Part shown: positions 45,311 through 57,470 of the stretch, piece after piece
Layout of the letters: each line of letters starts with the position of its first letter
Numbering within the stretch: the stretch's first letter is position 1
Assembly (NCBI GenBank): GCA_964019335.1
Contig: OZ025727.1
Coordinates: 62,001 to 126,000, forward strand
Length of the DNA: 64,000 bases
Source of the DNA: Diplonema japonicum
Lineage: Eukaryota > Protista > Euglenozoa: Diplonemea
Reading direction: 5' to 3'
Notes under the pieces: generated by a model
The model's database searches: none
What the model was told of the DNA's origin: nothing
Seen by the model: the letters and a program-made list of their open reading frames with translations, nothing else
Position numbers and translations under genes: made by a program

Positions 45311-48300
45311 ATGGTAGAGAACATCTTTCATGTGGCGGTGCAGCACGGGAGGGACAGGGTCGCGGACCCAATGGAGTACGAGGAGAAGAAGGAAATAATG
45401 GCAACAATTAAAAGCATCGGCGGGAGGATGACGAGCCTCGTGAATGAAAAGACCTCCTTCGTCGTGAGCCGCACATGCAAGACAACCGAAGAATGGGACG
45501 CCAGCTTCGTCCTGCGCAAAGCCAAGTCCCTGTCCATCCCCATCGTGACTCTGTCCTATCTAAACGACTGGGCGAGGGAACAAAAACGACCGGACACCAC
45601 TGATAAATACCTGGTCGCACCGCCCAAGGACGTTAACGAGAGTTTCCTACCAATCCCGAACGAACAGCCGGACCAATGGTGGACAACAATTGGGAACGAA
45701 TCGGGCGCGGAAGATCTCAAATGGACACCCTACACCGAAACCCCCCACGACTCCTACTCCGTAACAACTCGCCACACCTTCACACAAGGAATGCAATATT
45801 TCTGCACGGAGTTTCTATCCTACCCGACGTACTACAAAATCTGCGTGCACATGACGAACGGGAAAAGAATCAGGGACACGGACGCCAGTCGGTCAATGCA
45901 AGTGTCAATGCAAGACGTTGCCATTGCAGAAGAGTACTATGGGAATGTCTTCCACGCGGTTGAAAAAGAACCCCGCGTGACGCAAATTGAACGCTGTGGG
46001 TTCATAGGGTCCAAAGTGGGGAGGGGTTCTGTGAAGCAAAGCAACGCCCAGCTGCAACACGTGCTGCTCGGCGACAGCGTGAAACTCCTAACGGAAGATG
46101 TTTTCAACTCCGCTTGGAACCGCATAGCGTCTTCGGGAATCGACATTGACGAACAAAACGCAGATTCTGTCGGCGGAGTCTATGTCACACTTCAAGACAT
46201 CACGGAAGCAGAAGGCATTCTATTGAACATGCTCAACACCGATGAAACCGACCAAAAATTCTTGGAACTATCATCGACATTCTCGTCGAAAATACAAGCG
46301 TGCGAAACATTGGTAGCACGACACACCGATATCGACGCAGCTCTCGATCTTCTGTGGTCCTTGCGGGACATGCATTCTGTGGGGGAAACATCCGAGGGCA
46401 ACATATACACTGCCCCAGTGTCATTAAAATACCTTTCTTTAAACACAAACATTGTCTGTCTCGGGAATAATGCACGAAGCAAGATACTCGCGTCTCTTTC
46501 GTATGGTGTCGACTCGTTGCAGTTTGGGGAGGTCTTCTCTGTCTGCAAGCAAGCAGAGACGTCCGGATTTGAACACCACGTGTCGCCTCAAAGCCTGCTG
46601 TTCCACGGTACGTCTGCGGGGAACGTCTGCGGGATTCTCGCAAGGGGTTTAAAGATCCCAACTGTGATAAATCGCCGCACAGACAGAGGGATGCTTGGAA
46701 AAGGTATTTACTTCACCGACGAGCTCAGCACCTGTTTAAAGTACGCGGTTCCCGACGATTCCGGGTGGAGCTACATTTTTATCTGCAACGTCGCAACAGG
46801 ACGAGTGGCGGAGACGTCAAGAGCAAGACCCGAGCTTGAACGACCCCCACAAGGATTCGATTCAATTCATGGTAAAAAGCACCACGGAGCCGCGCCCTCT
46901 GAGTTCTTAGATTCCGAGTACTGTGTTTACGAGGAGTCGAAACAGCAGATGAGGTACCTTGTCAAGGTCCGTGTGAACGACAAGAAGCCTGGTAACAAAC
47001 CTGAAAACGACGGTTTGGTTTTCAAAAGCCTCAACACAAAGGTCGCGGCGAGCATTCCGGAATCGTTCGCCCCGATGCAAGAATCTGTGAAAACGGGTCT
47101 ATTGGGCCTCGGCGACGTTACAATCCCGTTGAAAGCGGTCTCTGTTAAAGCGAAGCTGCTCGACACGATCGGCGAGATCTGTATCTTCCAACAGTACTTC
47201 AACGATTCCTCTTCTGAAATCGAGGCGAAATACGTTTTCCCGCTTCAAGACGGTGCCGCTGTGTGCGGGTTCGAAGCTTTCATCAACGGTAAGCATATTG
47301 TTGGTGTCACAAAGGAGAAGTCGGACGCAAAGAGAACATACGACGAGGCTGTTCAAGAAGGCAAAGGCGCATACCTCCTAGATGAATCCGAGACCCCCGA
47401 CGTCTTCCAAGTCACCATCGGCAACCTCCCTCCCAAGACCTCTGTCGTCATTCTTGTTCAGTACATCACGGAGCTCCACGTTGATGCCGCACAAGGTTGC
47501 ATATTGTGGACGTTACCTTGCAACTCAAACCCGGGTTCGTCTGTACCACAGCTTCGCATTGAAACGGCAGTTGAGATGCCGTGGGACATCACCAAAGTCG
47601 AGGCGTCTCACGAGATTCTCCTTAAGAAGTCCGCGCAGCGAGCTGTCATCGTGTCCGAGGATGCGAAGCTGCCCTTTCCCGATTTCGTTTTGAAAATTTT
47701 CATCACAGATCTGACCGTTCCGAGGATGTGGATCGAGGAGGGAAAAGACACGTCGCATGCCGCAATGGTCTGCTTCTGCCCTGATTTTGAAAACGGTTTG
47801 AAAAAAGACGAGGCGGGCGATGACATGATATTCGTTTTAGACTGCTCGGCATCGATGGCCTCACCGGCGTCGGTATTCACGGATGCCGTCCAAGCGGTTG
47901 TTCTCACCCTGCAGGCTCTCCCGTGCAAGAAGGGCTCGTCGGCAAAGTTCAACGTTTTGTCCTTCGGGTCGAACACGTCATCTGTCTTTCCCGTGCCTGT
48001 TCCCGTCGAACCCAGCAGCGTAGTTCACGCTGTGAACGCGGTGAAGAACATGACACCGTCAAAGGGCGGCACTGATCTGCCGAAAGTTCTAAGGTCGCTG
48101 GCATCCGCAAGGAAGCCGATGAACGTGTTTTTATACACCGACGGAGAGCTTGGATCCGAACTTCACAGTGCACTCCGAGTTTTACAAGAACAACAGTACT
48201 ATAGGTTGTTCACGTTTGGGGTGGGAAGCAACGGGCATACCGTGCGGGCCCTTGCACATGCAGGGCGTGGTGTGGCGGAGTCATTGTTCCATGATAGGAA

Positions 48301-49489
48301 AACAGAGTGGAAACCGAGCATCGAGAAACAACTCTGGAGATCACGGCAAGGTTCTTACACGTCGCCTGCCATCGACTGGTCCGGTGAGGCAAACGCTGCG
48401 CTGAAGCAACAGTTCGACAGCCAATTAACACAGACTCCGAGAAGCGTCACATCGTTGTTCTGCTCGGAACGCAGGGTAGTCTACGCATTCACAAAGCTGA
48501 AGCCAAGAAGGGCTGTACTGACCGCTCAGAAGGACGGGTCGTCGAGCGAGACCATCCTCGTGACCCCATGGCCGTCCCACTTCATAAAAGGTGACTTAAT
48601 CCACAAGTTAACCGCAAGAAACGTCATTCGTGACTATGAAACCGGGAACTTCTCCTCAGATCCGGGCAGCGACGCGTCACTGAAAGATGTCTTCAAAGCG
48701 CATCTTGTTGAAATCGGAATACAATACAACATAGTAACGCAGTACACATCGATGGTCGCTGTTGAGGAACGGGATAGGGACGACAAGGTCTGCACCACCC
48801 CTGAGCTGCTTGACATTGCTAGGAAGTATGTTGTGGATAACCTCCCGGAGCAGGCATTCAAGTCAACTGCCGAGGTCGAGGAAGAAATAGAAGATGAGAA
48901 ACGATTGCTGGAACGACTTCGTCTGGTGAGCGACGAAAGCGAGCCGAAAAAAAAGAAGAAAAAGCAAAAGAAAGCGAAGCGAACACAACCTATACCAAGG
49001 GAAGCATCAGAGCAGGCACCCGGGGATTACCAGCCGGCTTGGAACGGACTCACTTTGTCAGACATTTTCCCTGACACATACGTTGCGAAAGGGTCAAAAC
49101 CTGTGTTTGGAGAATTATTCGTGAAAACCCTTACAGGGAAAACCATTGTCATTGGAGGTAAGAAGTGCACTGTTGCTGACCTCAAAAGGCAAATCAGAGA
49201 TAAAGAGGGCATCCCTGAAGATCAGGTGAAGCTTATCTTCGCTGGGAGACAGCTGCAGGACGGTGATGACCTTGGCGACTATGATATCCAAAAGGAAAGC
49301 ACCATTCACATGGTTCTCCGTCTGCGAGGCGGGCCCGAGCCACCTCAAGAGGAACTGAAGCGTGAAATGGAGGAGGATTGCTGGTTCTACGATAAGCTTG
49401 ATATAGGTGATTGCAACATACCAGTAAGACGGTCTAAAGGAGACAGGCGACCAGTATCGAGAAGGCCAGTGGTGTTTGAGGAGAAACAG
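45311..49489 (+). CDS. PARP4/vault-PARP-like protein (BRCT, PARP catalytic, VIT, vWA) with a C-terminal ubiquitin domain; continues past the donor at 49490
   Basis: H-Y-E triad in [14 protein letters not shown] and SEYCVY. VIT motif [17 protein letters not shown], vWA motif FVLDCSASM, ubiquitin FVKTLTGKT...[10 protein letters not shown]. Confidence 0.9.
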
Positions 49490-50300
49490 GTAAGGCAAAA
49501 AAAAAAAAAAAAAAAAAAAATACAAACGAAAGCTACTCCTGTCGAGGCAATGCTACGAACAAGAAGAAGAGTGTCGGGTGAGATGCTGTTTACTGGGCGA
49601 GGTGTGTCCCCCCCCCCCAGGGCTATGCTGGCAGGAAACGTGGAAACGTTTCTGTTTCCGTTTCCCTTTTTTTTCAAAAAAAAATGCATAGCCGGGCTAA
49701 AACTTTTGTGGGCTTTGTGATGTCTCGGTTGGCTGTGCACAAACACCAAATCGACCGACTCCTTTTTTACATACTGCAGGTTCCCTTCAATGACACCTTT
49801 TTTCCCCTCCTCCATTGATTTTGCTTTAGCTCCCTAATCGCCTGGACCCCTAAATACCCCCCTCCCCCATTTTCATTGTTGCTTTGAATGCTCGAGAAAA
49901 GGGCAGCATGCAGCCATAGGAAGATGCTAGGAAAGGGTAAATGGTATTAAAATTTTCAATTCCAGTTGCCTGAATCAAATGAGAACACTTAGCTATTCAT
50001 GCAAGAGGGGGGTTGAGGGTGTACTTTTTATGTCCGATTTTGGGGTCTAAAAAGGGCAGCATTCAGCCCTATTTGGTTCCCTGAACTCTCGGATTGAGGT
50101 CAGTCTGGAGACCTTTTTGGGGCTGTGGGATGAAAAAAGCAACTGGTCAAATTTAAAAAGTATCATCGGCCGGGATCGAACCCCCGGGACCTGGGCGAGT
50201 GCACGCTTCTTTGCCCCCCCAGCGGACTTGTCGGATAAATGGGATATTTTCTAAAAAAAAAAGAGGAAAAAAAAAAAAAAAAAAAAAAAAAAACCAACAG

Positions 50301-51701
50301 CGATATGCCGAAGACAGCTGTTTAGAATACCACCGTTCACTGACGCACTCAGAAAAGGAAGTCTGCAGAAGACCCCCTTTCCTCGGCATCTACGCGAACT
50401 GCACAGGTCTTAGCAACTTCCACCCCGAGGCCCGCACAAATCATCACTTCCTCATCCCCGAGGTACCGGTATCATGGGGAGCGGAGAACATCGCAGAAGC
50501 AGTACGCCCGCACGGAAACGTGGCCAAGATAACCATCGAAACTAAGGGCGCAAAGGTGTTGATGGGATCATTGGAAGAGGCTGTTATAATACACCATGTT
50601 GGGGTCAAGGGGCTGACCATCGAACCCTTGGCTCCTATTCTCAACATGAACATCACCGACACGCAGGCGTTTAACTGCTTGTTACAACTTTTAACGAACA
50701 GGGCGGGGAAAGGGCTGTGCGATCGGGAAGATGTGGGTGAATACCTCGCTCTGCAAGGCATCGATTCACCCGAAGCCGTCAGAACCTTTGCAGCCAACGT
50801 CGATCAGATTCTTGTGGAATCGATACGCAGCATGAAAATACAGGTGTTGGAACCACACATAACTGCCGTTAAAACAACGTTTCAAGCCCGTGGGGCAGAA
50901 CCGGCTCACCCCACCCCATTAGAATACCTTGACACAGCCTACCCGTTTTGGTACGCCGGCGGGTTCCGACTTCATCTCATGAGCTCTGCTGGAATAGATT
51001 TCGCTGATTTCACACAGCCCTGTGCTGCACCGTCCGAGTTCTCTGTTATGGATGTGTACAGAGGAAGCGTAGCCTCGCATCCCATAGTTCCCCTCGACAT
51101 CCGAAAACACATTAATTCCCCAAAATACGTTCATCATCCGAATATTCGAAACAAAATCGGTGTAGGGCGTGGCGCTTCGTGTTGCTACCCATTACTTGCT
51201 AAGCTAGGCGTGGGCGTGGGTTCTGTAGAAGTCAGCACGGTAGAAGACAATCAAGATGAGATACGGGTGGTGGTAATATGTCAAGGGAAATACTTGGGAG
51301 AAATCTCTGTCTTCGTGCGAAGGGAGCTTGCTGGGGTAATGTCTGTGCATGTTGAAGCACGTGTGGATGGTTACCAAATATTGGTTGTTGTTGGAAGCAC
51401 TGAAGAGCCGGGCGTAGTGCTGGCGAGCCAAGTCTTCGAAAGCGACTCGGGGCAGAATAAGTGCTTTTCTTTTGAAGGCGGTTTGTTATACGCACCCACT
51501 ACCGCCGCCAATGACTTGAACTACCTCTTGCAAGTCACTGCGGCAGTGAGGGGTGTACTTCCTCGTCATCCACGGACGATTGATGAGGCGCTCCTTCAGG
51601 CCGCTGTGAAGGAGGCCGTTGCTTTCCTTGCGGACCCTGTGGGTGATTACGAAGCCATACTCCGGAAGCTGTCCGTGCAGTGCGCTCCATACGTTAAATA
51701 A
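50301..51701 (+). CDS. Long coding exon of unknown function, possibly the 3' exon of the PARP4-like gene
   Basis: About 466 open codons after an A-tract-CAACAG acceptor, in phase with the donor at 49490. Confidence 0.65.
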   Translation, partial: RYAEDSCLEYHRSLTHSEKEVCRRPPFLGIYANCTGLSNFHPEARTNHHFLIPEVPVSWGAENIAEAVRPHGNVAKITIETKGAKVLMGSLEEAVIIHHVGVKGLTIEPLAPILNMNITDTQAFNCLLQLLTNRAGKGLCDREDVGEYLALQGIDSPEAVRTFAANVDQILVESIRSMKIQVLEPHITAVKTTFQARGAEPAHPTPLEYLDTAYPFWYAGGFRLHLMSSAGIDFADFTQPCAAPSEFSVMDVYRGSVASHPIVPLDIRKHINSPKYVHHPNIRNKIGVGRGASCCYPLLAKLGVGVGSVEVSTVEDNQDEIRVVVICQGKYLGEISVFVRRELAGVMSVHVEARVDGYQILVVVGSTEEPGVVLASQVFESDSGQNKCFSFEGGLLYAPTTAANDLNYLLQVTAAVRGVLPRHPRTIDEALLQAAVKEAVAFLADPVGDYEAILRKLSVQCAPYVK

Positions 51702-51725
51702 AGGTCCTTCCTTTAATTTTTTTTA

Positions 51726-54142
51726 CTGTAAAACGAAAATCTCCCGGACGGAAAAATGTCCGAGTTTTTTTGGTGTCCGGGAGTTTTTCCGTCCGGGAGT
51801 TTTTCCTGTAAGGTCGTCAGGGGGCCTGGTCCACTACCACCTACATACTGGCCTGGGCTGCAAACGGCAACCGCGCGAAGAAACCGCCACCAAACCACTG
51901 GGTATCTGGGTCATGTGTTTCGTGTCCGTATTATCCCTGGAAGAAGATACCGTGTGGGCATAAAGCTCAAGATAAAACTGATTGATAAAAGGCAAAAAGA
52001 AAAGAAAAAAAAGGGGGGGTAGAGCTATCTACTGTGCTACCTTGCCTCCGGGTTTGGCCGCTGCCTTCTTGCCTGCGGGCTTAGCTGCTGCCTTCTTGCT
52101 TGCGGGCTTAGCTGCTGCCTTCTTGCCTGTGGGCTTAGCTGCTGCCTTCTTTCTTGCAGGCTTAGCTGTTGCCTTCTTGGCGGCCCTCCTGGCGGCAGCG
52201 TCATCCAGCCGTTGCTGGGTGAGACTGGGGAGTATCTCCACTGACGAGTCTGAAGAAACGGAAAAGGTTTCTTCGGTTATCGTCGAGGCGGCGGACACGG
52301 TGGTCGTGTCGGAAGATGCATCTACGTCGATGACTTCCACACGTCCATGCTCCATGTCCTGGGCAAGCCTGGCATATAGGGAGTACTCGTCTTCCTCCTC
52401 TTCCCAGACCTCCTCCCAGCCCCAGTCCTCTTCCCACTCTTCCTCCCAGTCCTCCTCCCAGCCCCAGTCCTCTTCCCACTCTTCCTCCCATGTTTTTAAA
52501 AAAACAGGAAAAGAAAAAGCCTCGTGGCATACCTCAAGTGAGGCCCTTTAATCGAGCTAGTAGAGGGCACCTCCCATGATTCAGCCGCCGCCCCTGAGGC
52601 AATCAGCTTGTCGAGCCTTCGTGTGGCCCACTTTTTATAACTGTTCTTAATAGATGCTTTTACAGCTGCGTTCAACCCAATATCCATCGGTTGAACCATG
52701 TAGGTGAGCCCAGGGGGGACAAAAGCAATGTGCACGTTTGTGCCTTCGAACAACTCCAAAAACTCATCGGTCGAATGACAGTTGTAGTCATCGACAAGCA
52801 GCAGAATCGACTCGTTCGGGGCAAAACCATGAGAATCGATGGTTTTACTGCAAAAAGGAAGAAACAGCTTTTTGACCCAGATACTGAGTGTATCATAATT
52901 AGCCCAATGACTGGGCGATGCCGTTAGGCTCCATTCGGCGGGCGGGTGCTTGACCCGGGGCACGGACCCTGGATAAACCCTGTCGGCTGCAGGTTCCGTT
53001 CTGCCTTTGTATATAAGTTGCGGATGCAACTTATCCCCAGCCAGGGAGACAGCCAGCTGTCCGGTTATGGCCCGTTTGTCCCCCAAGCCACGGACTTTTA
53101 CGACCTTTGCACCCCTTTTCGTTTTGGTTTTTAACCCCAACGGCAACAGCTGCAGGGAGGTTTGGTCCATATTCCAGACCAATTCAGGCCTTACTTTATG
53201 GATTGACCTGAATTGCATGGCGAAACAGCGTGCCCTCTCTTTGTCCTTCTCGTTTCCAGGTTTTCCGGTGGTGGGCCTGCGGCTTTTGTAGCCTTTCCTG
53301 CTGCAAAGCTTGTCAGCCCAGCTGGTGGAAAAGGACAGTGCCCCACCAAAGTCTACCAGCTCTGTCTTTCGGGCTGGATTAGCGCGCAGCAGCCCTTTTG
53401 CATAGGTGCATATTTGTTGCGCTGAGATAGGCTCGCCAAGTTCGTTTTGCCTATCGACCCAAGCAAAAACCTTGGCAGTCTCTGCCTCGGCCAGAAGAGG
53501 TTTGCGACCGACGGTAAAGGGGGCAGCAACAGGCCCAACAGAGCCTCCAAAGTTTTTTTTCCAGTCGGAAATACTGGACGTTGCTAGTTCCACCCCCTCT
53601 TTCGTGCGATACCACGACCTGGCCGCCGCGACGCCGTGGGTAGCAGCGTATCGCCCAATAAGGGCTTTAGTATCCTTCGGGAGCTGGAGCTGCTTTCGGG
53701 GGTTTGTTCTGGCCTTCTTGGCCCGGTGTAAGGAATTTATCTCCTCCACCTCTCGGGGGGTGAGCTGGTCGGAAGTGTCAGCAACCAAAGTTGGGTGCCT
53801 CACAAGCCAGTTGCTCAACGTGCCTTGGGTAGTCGAACTGGTCATTTGACGAAAGAAGTACGGGTTTATGAGATTGAAGTTAAGATCCTGTGGGTGCTGT
53901 TTGTTGGTGCATTGAAAGGGAGGGAAAAAAAATTCAAACTGCCACGCAGGGTAAACATTTTGGCTCTGCATACGAGTCTGCAAAGCCCTTCCAGGCAAAC
54001 ATGGTGGTATGGGAAAAAAAGCAGGAGCTGCTACCCCCCTTCCGTAAAAAAGACTTTTCCCCAGAAAAACTCCCGGACGGAAAAATGTCCGAGTTTTTTT
54101 GGTGTCCGGGAGTTTTTCCGTCCGACATTATTCGTTTTACAG
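51726..54142 (-). mobile_element. pogo/Tigger-type (Tc1-mariner superfamily) DNA transposon, about 2.4 kb, with TA target duplication
   Basis: TA|CTGTAAAACGAA ... TTCGTTTTACAG|TA, enclosing a transposase. Confidence 0.92.
52496..53845 (-). CDS. pogo-family DDE transposase with a CENP-B-like HTH
   Basis: Motifs FSTSWADKL, VWNMDQT, LLLVDDYNCH and QPMDIGLNAAVK. Confidence 0.9.
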   Translation of the reverse strand: MTSSTTQGTLSNWLVRHPTLVADTSDQLTPREVEEINSLHRAKKARTNPRKQLQLPKDTKALIGRYAATHGVAAARSWYRTKEGVELATSSISDWKKNFGGSVGPVAAPFTVGRKPLLAEAETAKVFAWVDRQNELGEPISAQQICTYAKGLLRANPARKTELVDFGGALSFSTSWADKLCSRKGYKSRRPTTGKPGNEKDKERARCFAMQFRSIHKVRPELVWNMDQTSLQLLPLGLKTKTKRGAKVVKVRGLGDKRAITGQLAVSLAGDKLHPQLIYKGRTEPAADRVYPGSVPRVKHPPAEWSLTASPSHWANYDTLSIWVKKLFLPFCSKTIDSHGFAPNESILLLVDDYNCHSTDEFLELFEGTNVHIAFVPPGLTYMVQPMDIGLNAAVKASIKNSYKKWATRRLDKLIASGAAAESWEVPSTSSIKGPHLRYATRLFLFLFF

Positions 54143-54407
54143 TATTTTATTTTTTTTATTATAAATAACTTCCTTTTTACAAGTGTTTCGCCTCGTCTTG
54201 TACTTCTCTGCCTCCCCCCCCCACCACCACTTTCTTTTTTTACACATTTTCCTATTGGGTACCAAAAAAAATATATATATTTTTGTTTTTGTCACAGAAT
54301 ATACGGGCAAACGGACGACTTTTTTTGTGGGCCGTTTGCTTTTTTTTTTATTTTTTTTTTCTTTTGTGGAAAAGATATTTTTAAAACAGGTACGGTTCAA
54401 TTCCTTG

Positions 54408-54443
<36 letters not shown>

Positions 54444-54689
54444 AAAACCGGAAAAAGAAAGAGGTAAATATATATTTTGGTATCCCTATGAATCACCTTC
54501 CCCCACCCCCCTTCTATAAACGTCTTTTCCTATTCTTTTTAAAAAGCTTTTTTTGGAGCAAGTATGCAAACTTTTAAAAGAGTTGTAATTTCAAAAAAGA
54601 GTAGAGGCAGCTTGTCCGTCTATCCCTACTGTAGGTGAAAACGGGCTTGCACAAACAACAATCGCGACTCTCTCTTTTTTTTTTTTTTT

Positions 54690-55050
54690 TGAGGGTGCGT
54701 CTGCCCAGGCAAGCCTTCGGAAGCATCAGGAGCAGCACCCACGACAGGTAGGAGTTCTCCTGCTTCACCCTCACCAGCGCCGTCTTTAGTGCCAGACCCC
54801 ACATCCCCTGGAGCGGGACGGGGATGTACTTCAAGAGGTTCACTTTCCAGGTGGCTACCTCCTCCACCGACCCACATACGCAGATCTTGAGGTCGAACTT
54901 CTTCAGCTCCGTGGGAGCACCTCCTCGTCCAGCAGGTGGTCGTTCAGGTGGGACTTCAGCAGTTCCCACCCCAAGATCGCCGGGCCCCCCATGCGGGACG
55001 ACCTCTCGCACCCCCTCACCGGGCATTGGAAGCCTTCGCGTTCTCTGGCG
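54690..55050 (-). mobile_element. CRE/SLACS-like non-LTR retrotransposon fragment (pre-RT region)
   Basis: LLKYIP..LQGMWG.AL...L.RV..EN....WVLLLMLPKACL. Confidence 0.55.
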
Positions 55051-55116
55051 TTAAATTATGAGGCCCCTATTGAGTGAAGAAAATGACGAAGAGTGAAATA
55101 AAAAAAAAAAAGAGAG

Positions 55117-55159
<43 letters not shown>

Positions 55160-55162
<3 letters not shown>

Positions 55163-55753
55163 CCACTCTGCACAAAATGCAAAACGGAGACGGTGAGAAA
55201 TTGGGCCGCTGTGACCCCAGATTTCGGTGACGTCCTTACCGTGCCACAAGACGGCGAAGCATTCGGAGGCGAAACGGGGAAGGAAGGACTGATTATGCAA
55301 AATGGAGTCCTTCCTGAGAAGTACGCAAAGCTGGAGCTGAACCCCTTCGAACGAGTAGTGCTGTTGAGCAACGGAAACCTGCAATCCACGGTGTCGGCCT
55401 GGATGAGCGCCGGGGTGATGGTTAAAGTTGTAAAGAACGAAACAGTACGTAAGTACCCTGACGGGTCCATCCTAGTTGACCGCGTAGTAGACCTGATAAT
55501 CAATAGCAGACTCTTCTGCACCGCCCATTCAGCAGTGCATGTTCATGATCCAGGTACTCATGAGCTTGTTACGTCTGGTGGCACCGGCCTTGGACAGTTA
55601 TTTCGAATTTTGAATGTCCTACCGACCTTCACCCTGCTCGCTGCAGGTCGTCCATCAACGGGAGGTCTGTGGCGGTTATATGACCTCTCCTGCCCCTTTG
55701 TGTCCACGCGCATACTGGAGACCTTCCCCTCCGAAGGCCTTAAAATGCCGTGA
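55160..55753 (+). CDS. Chorismate-lyase-like (UbiC/DUF98 fold) protein
   Basis: Motifs ERVVLLSNGNLQ, DRVVDL, GLGQLFR, LWRLY and ILETFP. Confidence 0.6.
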
Positions 55754-55958
55754 GAACGTGTTAGAAAAAGAGGAAAAAAAAAAAAAAAAAAAAGAAAAGA
55801 AAAGGGGGAGGGTTGTTGCCCCCTCGTTTTCTTTCCCACTCCTTCTATTTGTTTTTATTCGCCCTACTTCTTTTTTTATTTTGAGGCAACGTATAGCAAT
55901 AAGGGGTTGGGTGACAAAACAACAAACAAAAGGGGTTCTGAAAGGTACAAAACTAAAG

Positions 55959-57470
55959 ATGGCACGTCGTGTTGCTTCCTATTTCAGCAGAGGTGAGGGG
56001 ACGCTTAAAATACCCTTCTCGATGCACAAGGACCATCGTGGGAGGCTGTGTGAGGAGCTGCGACGGAACGGCGTGGAGCATGGGATGGTGCTGCTGCGGG
56101 GTGGGGGCGAGCTGAGCGTGTACGACACTGACACAAACTGGGACTTCAAACAGGAGAGCAACTTCCAGTGGCTGTTCGGGGCGAAGGAGCCTGAGCTGTA
56201 CGGGGGGGTGGGGGTGGGCGGCACCGAGGACGACTCATACCTGTTCATCCCCAGGCACCCCGACCTGTATGCCCAGTGGCTCGGCCCCATCAAACCCACC
56301 ATCTGGTTTGCCGAGACGTACGAAGTAGCCCACGTGCACTATGTAGACGAGATGGGGGCTGTGCTCGCGAAGCTGAAGAGCCCGCTCCTCATCCCGAAGG
56401 GGACGAACCACGACTCTGGCCTTCCACCTGCTCTGAAGCCAGACTTCGATGGTGTGGACGCCCTGCACGTGGTGGAGTCGGAGCACCTGTACCACGCGCT
56501 GGCGGAGTGCCGTGTGGTGAAGGACGACATGGAGGTGCAGATCATGCAGTTCACGAACGACGTCTCCTCCGAAGCCCACATCATCACCATGCGCGAGGCA
56601 CAACGCTCCGACAGGAGGAGGGAGTACCACTCCGAGGCGGAGTTCAAGTACCAGTCCTTCCTCAGGGGCTGCTCCCGTGTCGGCTACTCATGCATCTGCC
56701 CTGGTGCAGAAAGGAATTCAACCCTACACTACGGGCATTCTGGCGAGCCCAACGAGCATGAGGTGAAGGATGGGGACCTGAAGCTGCATGACATGGGTGC
56801 AGAGTACCACTGCTACACTGCTGATGTGACGTGCTCGTTCCCTGTTGGGGGGAAGTTCAGTGAGGAACAGAAGGTTGTGTACAATGCAGTTTGGGAGGCT
56901 GTGCTAGCAGTGGAGAGGGCCATCAAGCCTGGGGTGAACAACACGGAACTACACATCTTGGCGCAGAAGACGATCATCAAGGAAATGCTCGCAGACGGTC
57001 TGTTCCAGAACGGGACAGTGGAGGAGATGATGGAGGCCAACTTGCTGTCGATCTTCATGCCGACAGGACTGGGGCACCAGCTGGGGCTGGACGTGCACGA
57101 CGTGGGCGGGTACCTCCCTGGGGAGGGGAAGCACATCTTGAAGGATGTGAAACCGTACCCCATCACGCAGAACCTGCGGTTCGCCCGTCCCTGTGTGGAG
57201 AATATGGTCTTCACGGTGGAACCTGGGTTCTACTTCAACTCATGGCTGCTGGAAAAGCTGCAGAACACACCTGAGATGCTGAAGTATGTGAACAAAGCGC
57301 GCTTGGAGCAGCTGGTCCCCGTCGGCGGGGTGCGCATCGAGGACAACATTGTCGTGACGCCCACCGGGTGCAAGGTCCTCAACAATGTCCCCCGCACAGT
57401 GCAGGACATCGAGCGTGTCATCGACGGCGGGGAATGGAAGGCAGAGCAGCGGGTCTACAGCAACGCCTGA
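55959..57470 (+). CDS. PEPD: Xaa-Pro dipeptidase (prolidase)
   Basis: Motifs FKQESNF, LHYGH, DMGAEYHCYTADVT, GLGHQLGLDVHD, TVEPG and GGVRIEDN. Confidence 0.93.
   Translation: MARRVASYFSRGEGTLKIPFSMHKDHRGRLCEELRRNGVEHGMVLLRGGGELSVYDTDTNWDFKQESNFQWLFGAKEPELYGGVGVGGTEDDSYLFIPRHPDLYAQWLGPIKPTIWFAETYEVAHVHYVDEMGAVLAKLKSPLLIPKGTNHDSGLPPALKPDFDGVDALHVVESEHLYHALAECRVVKDDMEVQIMQFTNDVSSEAHIITMREAQRSDRRREYHSEAEFKYQSFLRGCSRVGYSCICPGAERNSTLHYGHSGEPNEHEVKDGDLKLHDMGAEYHCYTADVTCSFPVGGKFSEEQKVVYNAVWEAVLAVERAIKPGVNNTELHILAQKTIIKEMLADGLFQNGTVEEMMEANLLSIFMPTGLGHQLGLDVHDVGGYLPGEGKHILKDVKPYPITQNLRFARPCVENMVFTVEPGFYFNSWLLEKLQNTPEMLKYVNKARLEQLVPVGGVRIEDNIVVTPTGCKVLNNVPRTVQDIERVIDGGEWKAEQRVYSNA

Noticed and set aside
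49490-49720. C-terminal 77 aa of the 1469-aa PARP ORF
   Set aside because: This is read-through into an A-rich intron and a MITE fragment.
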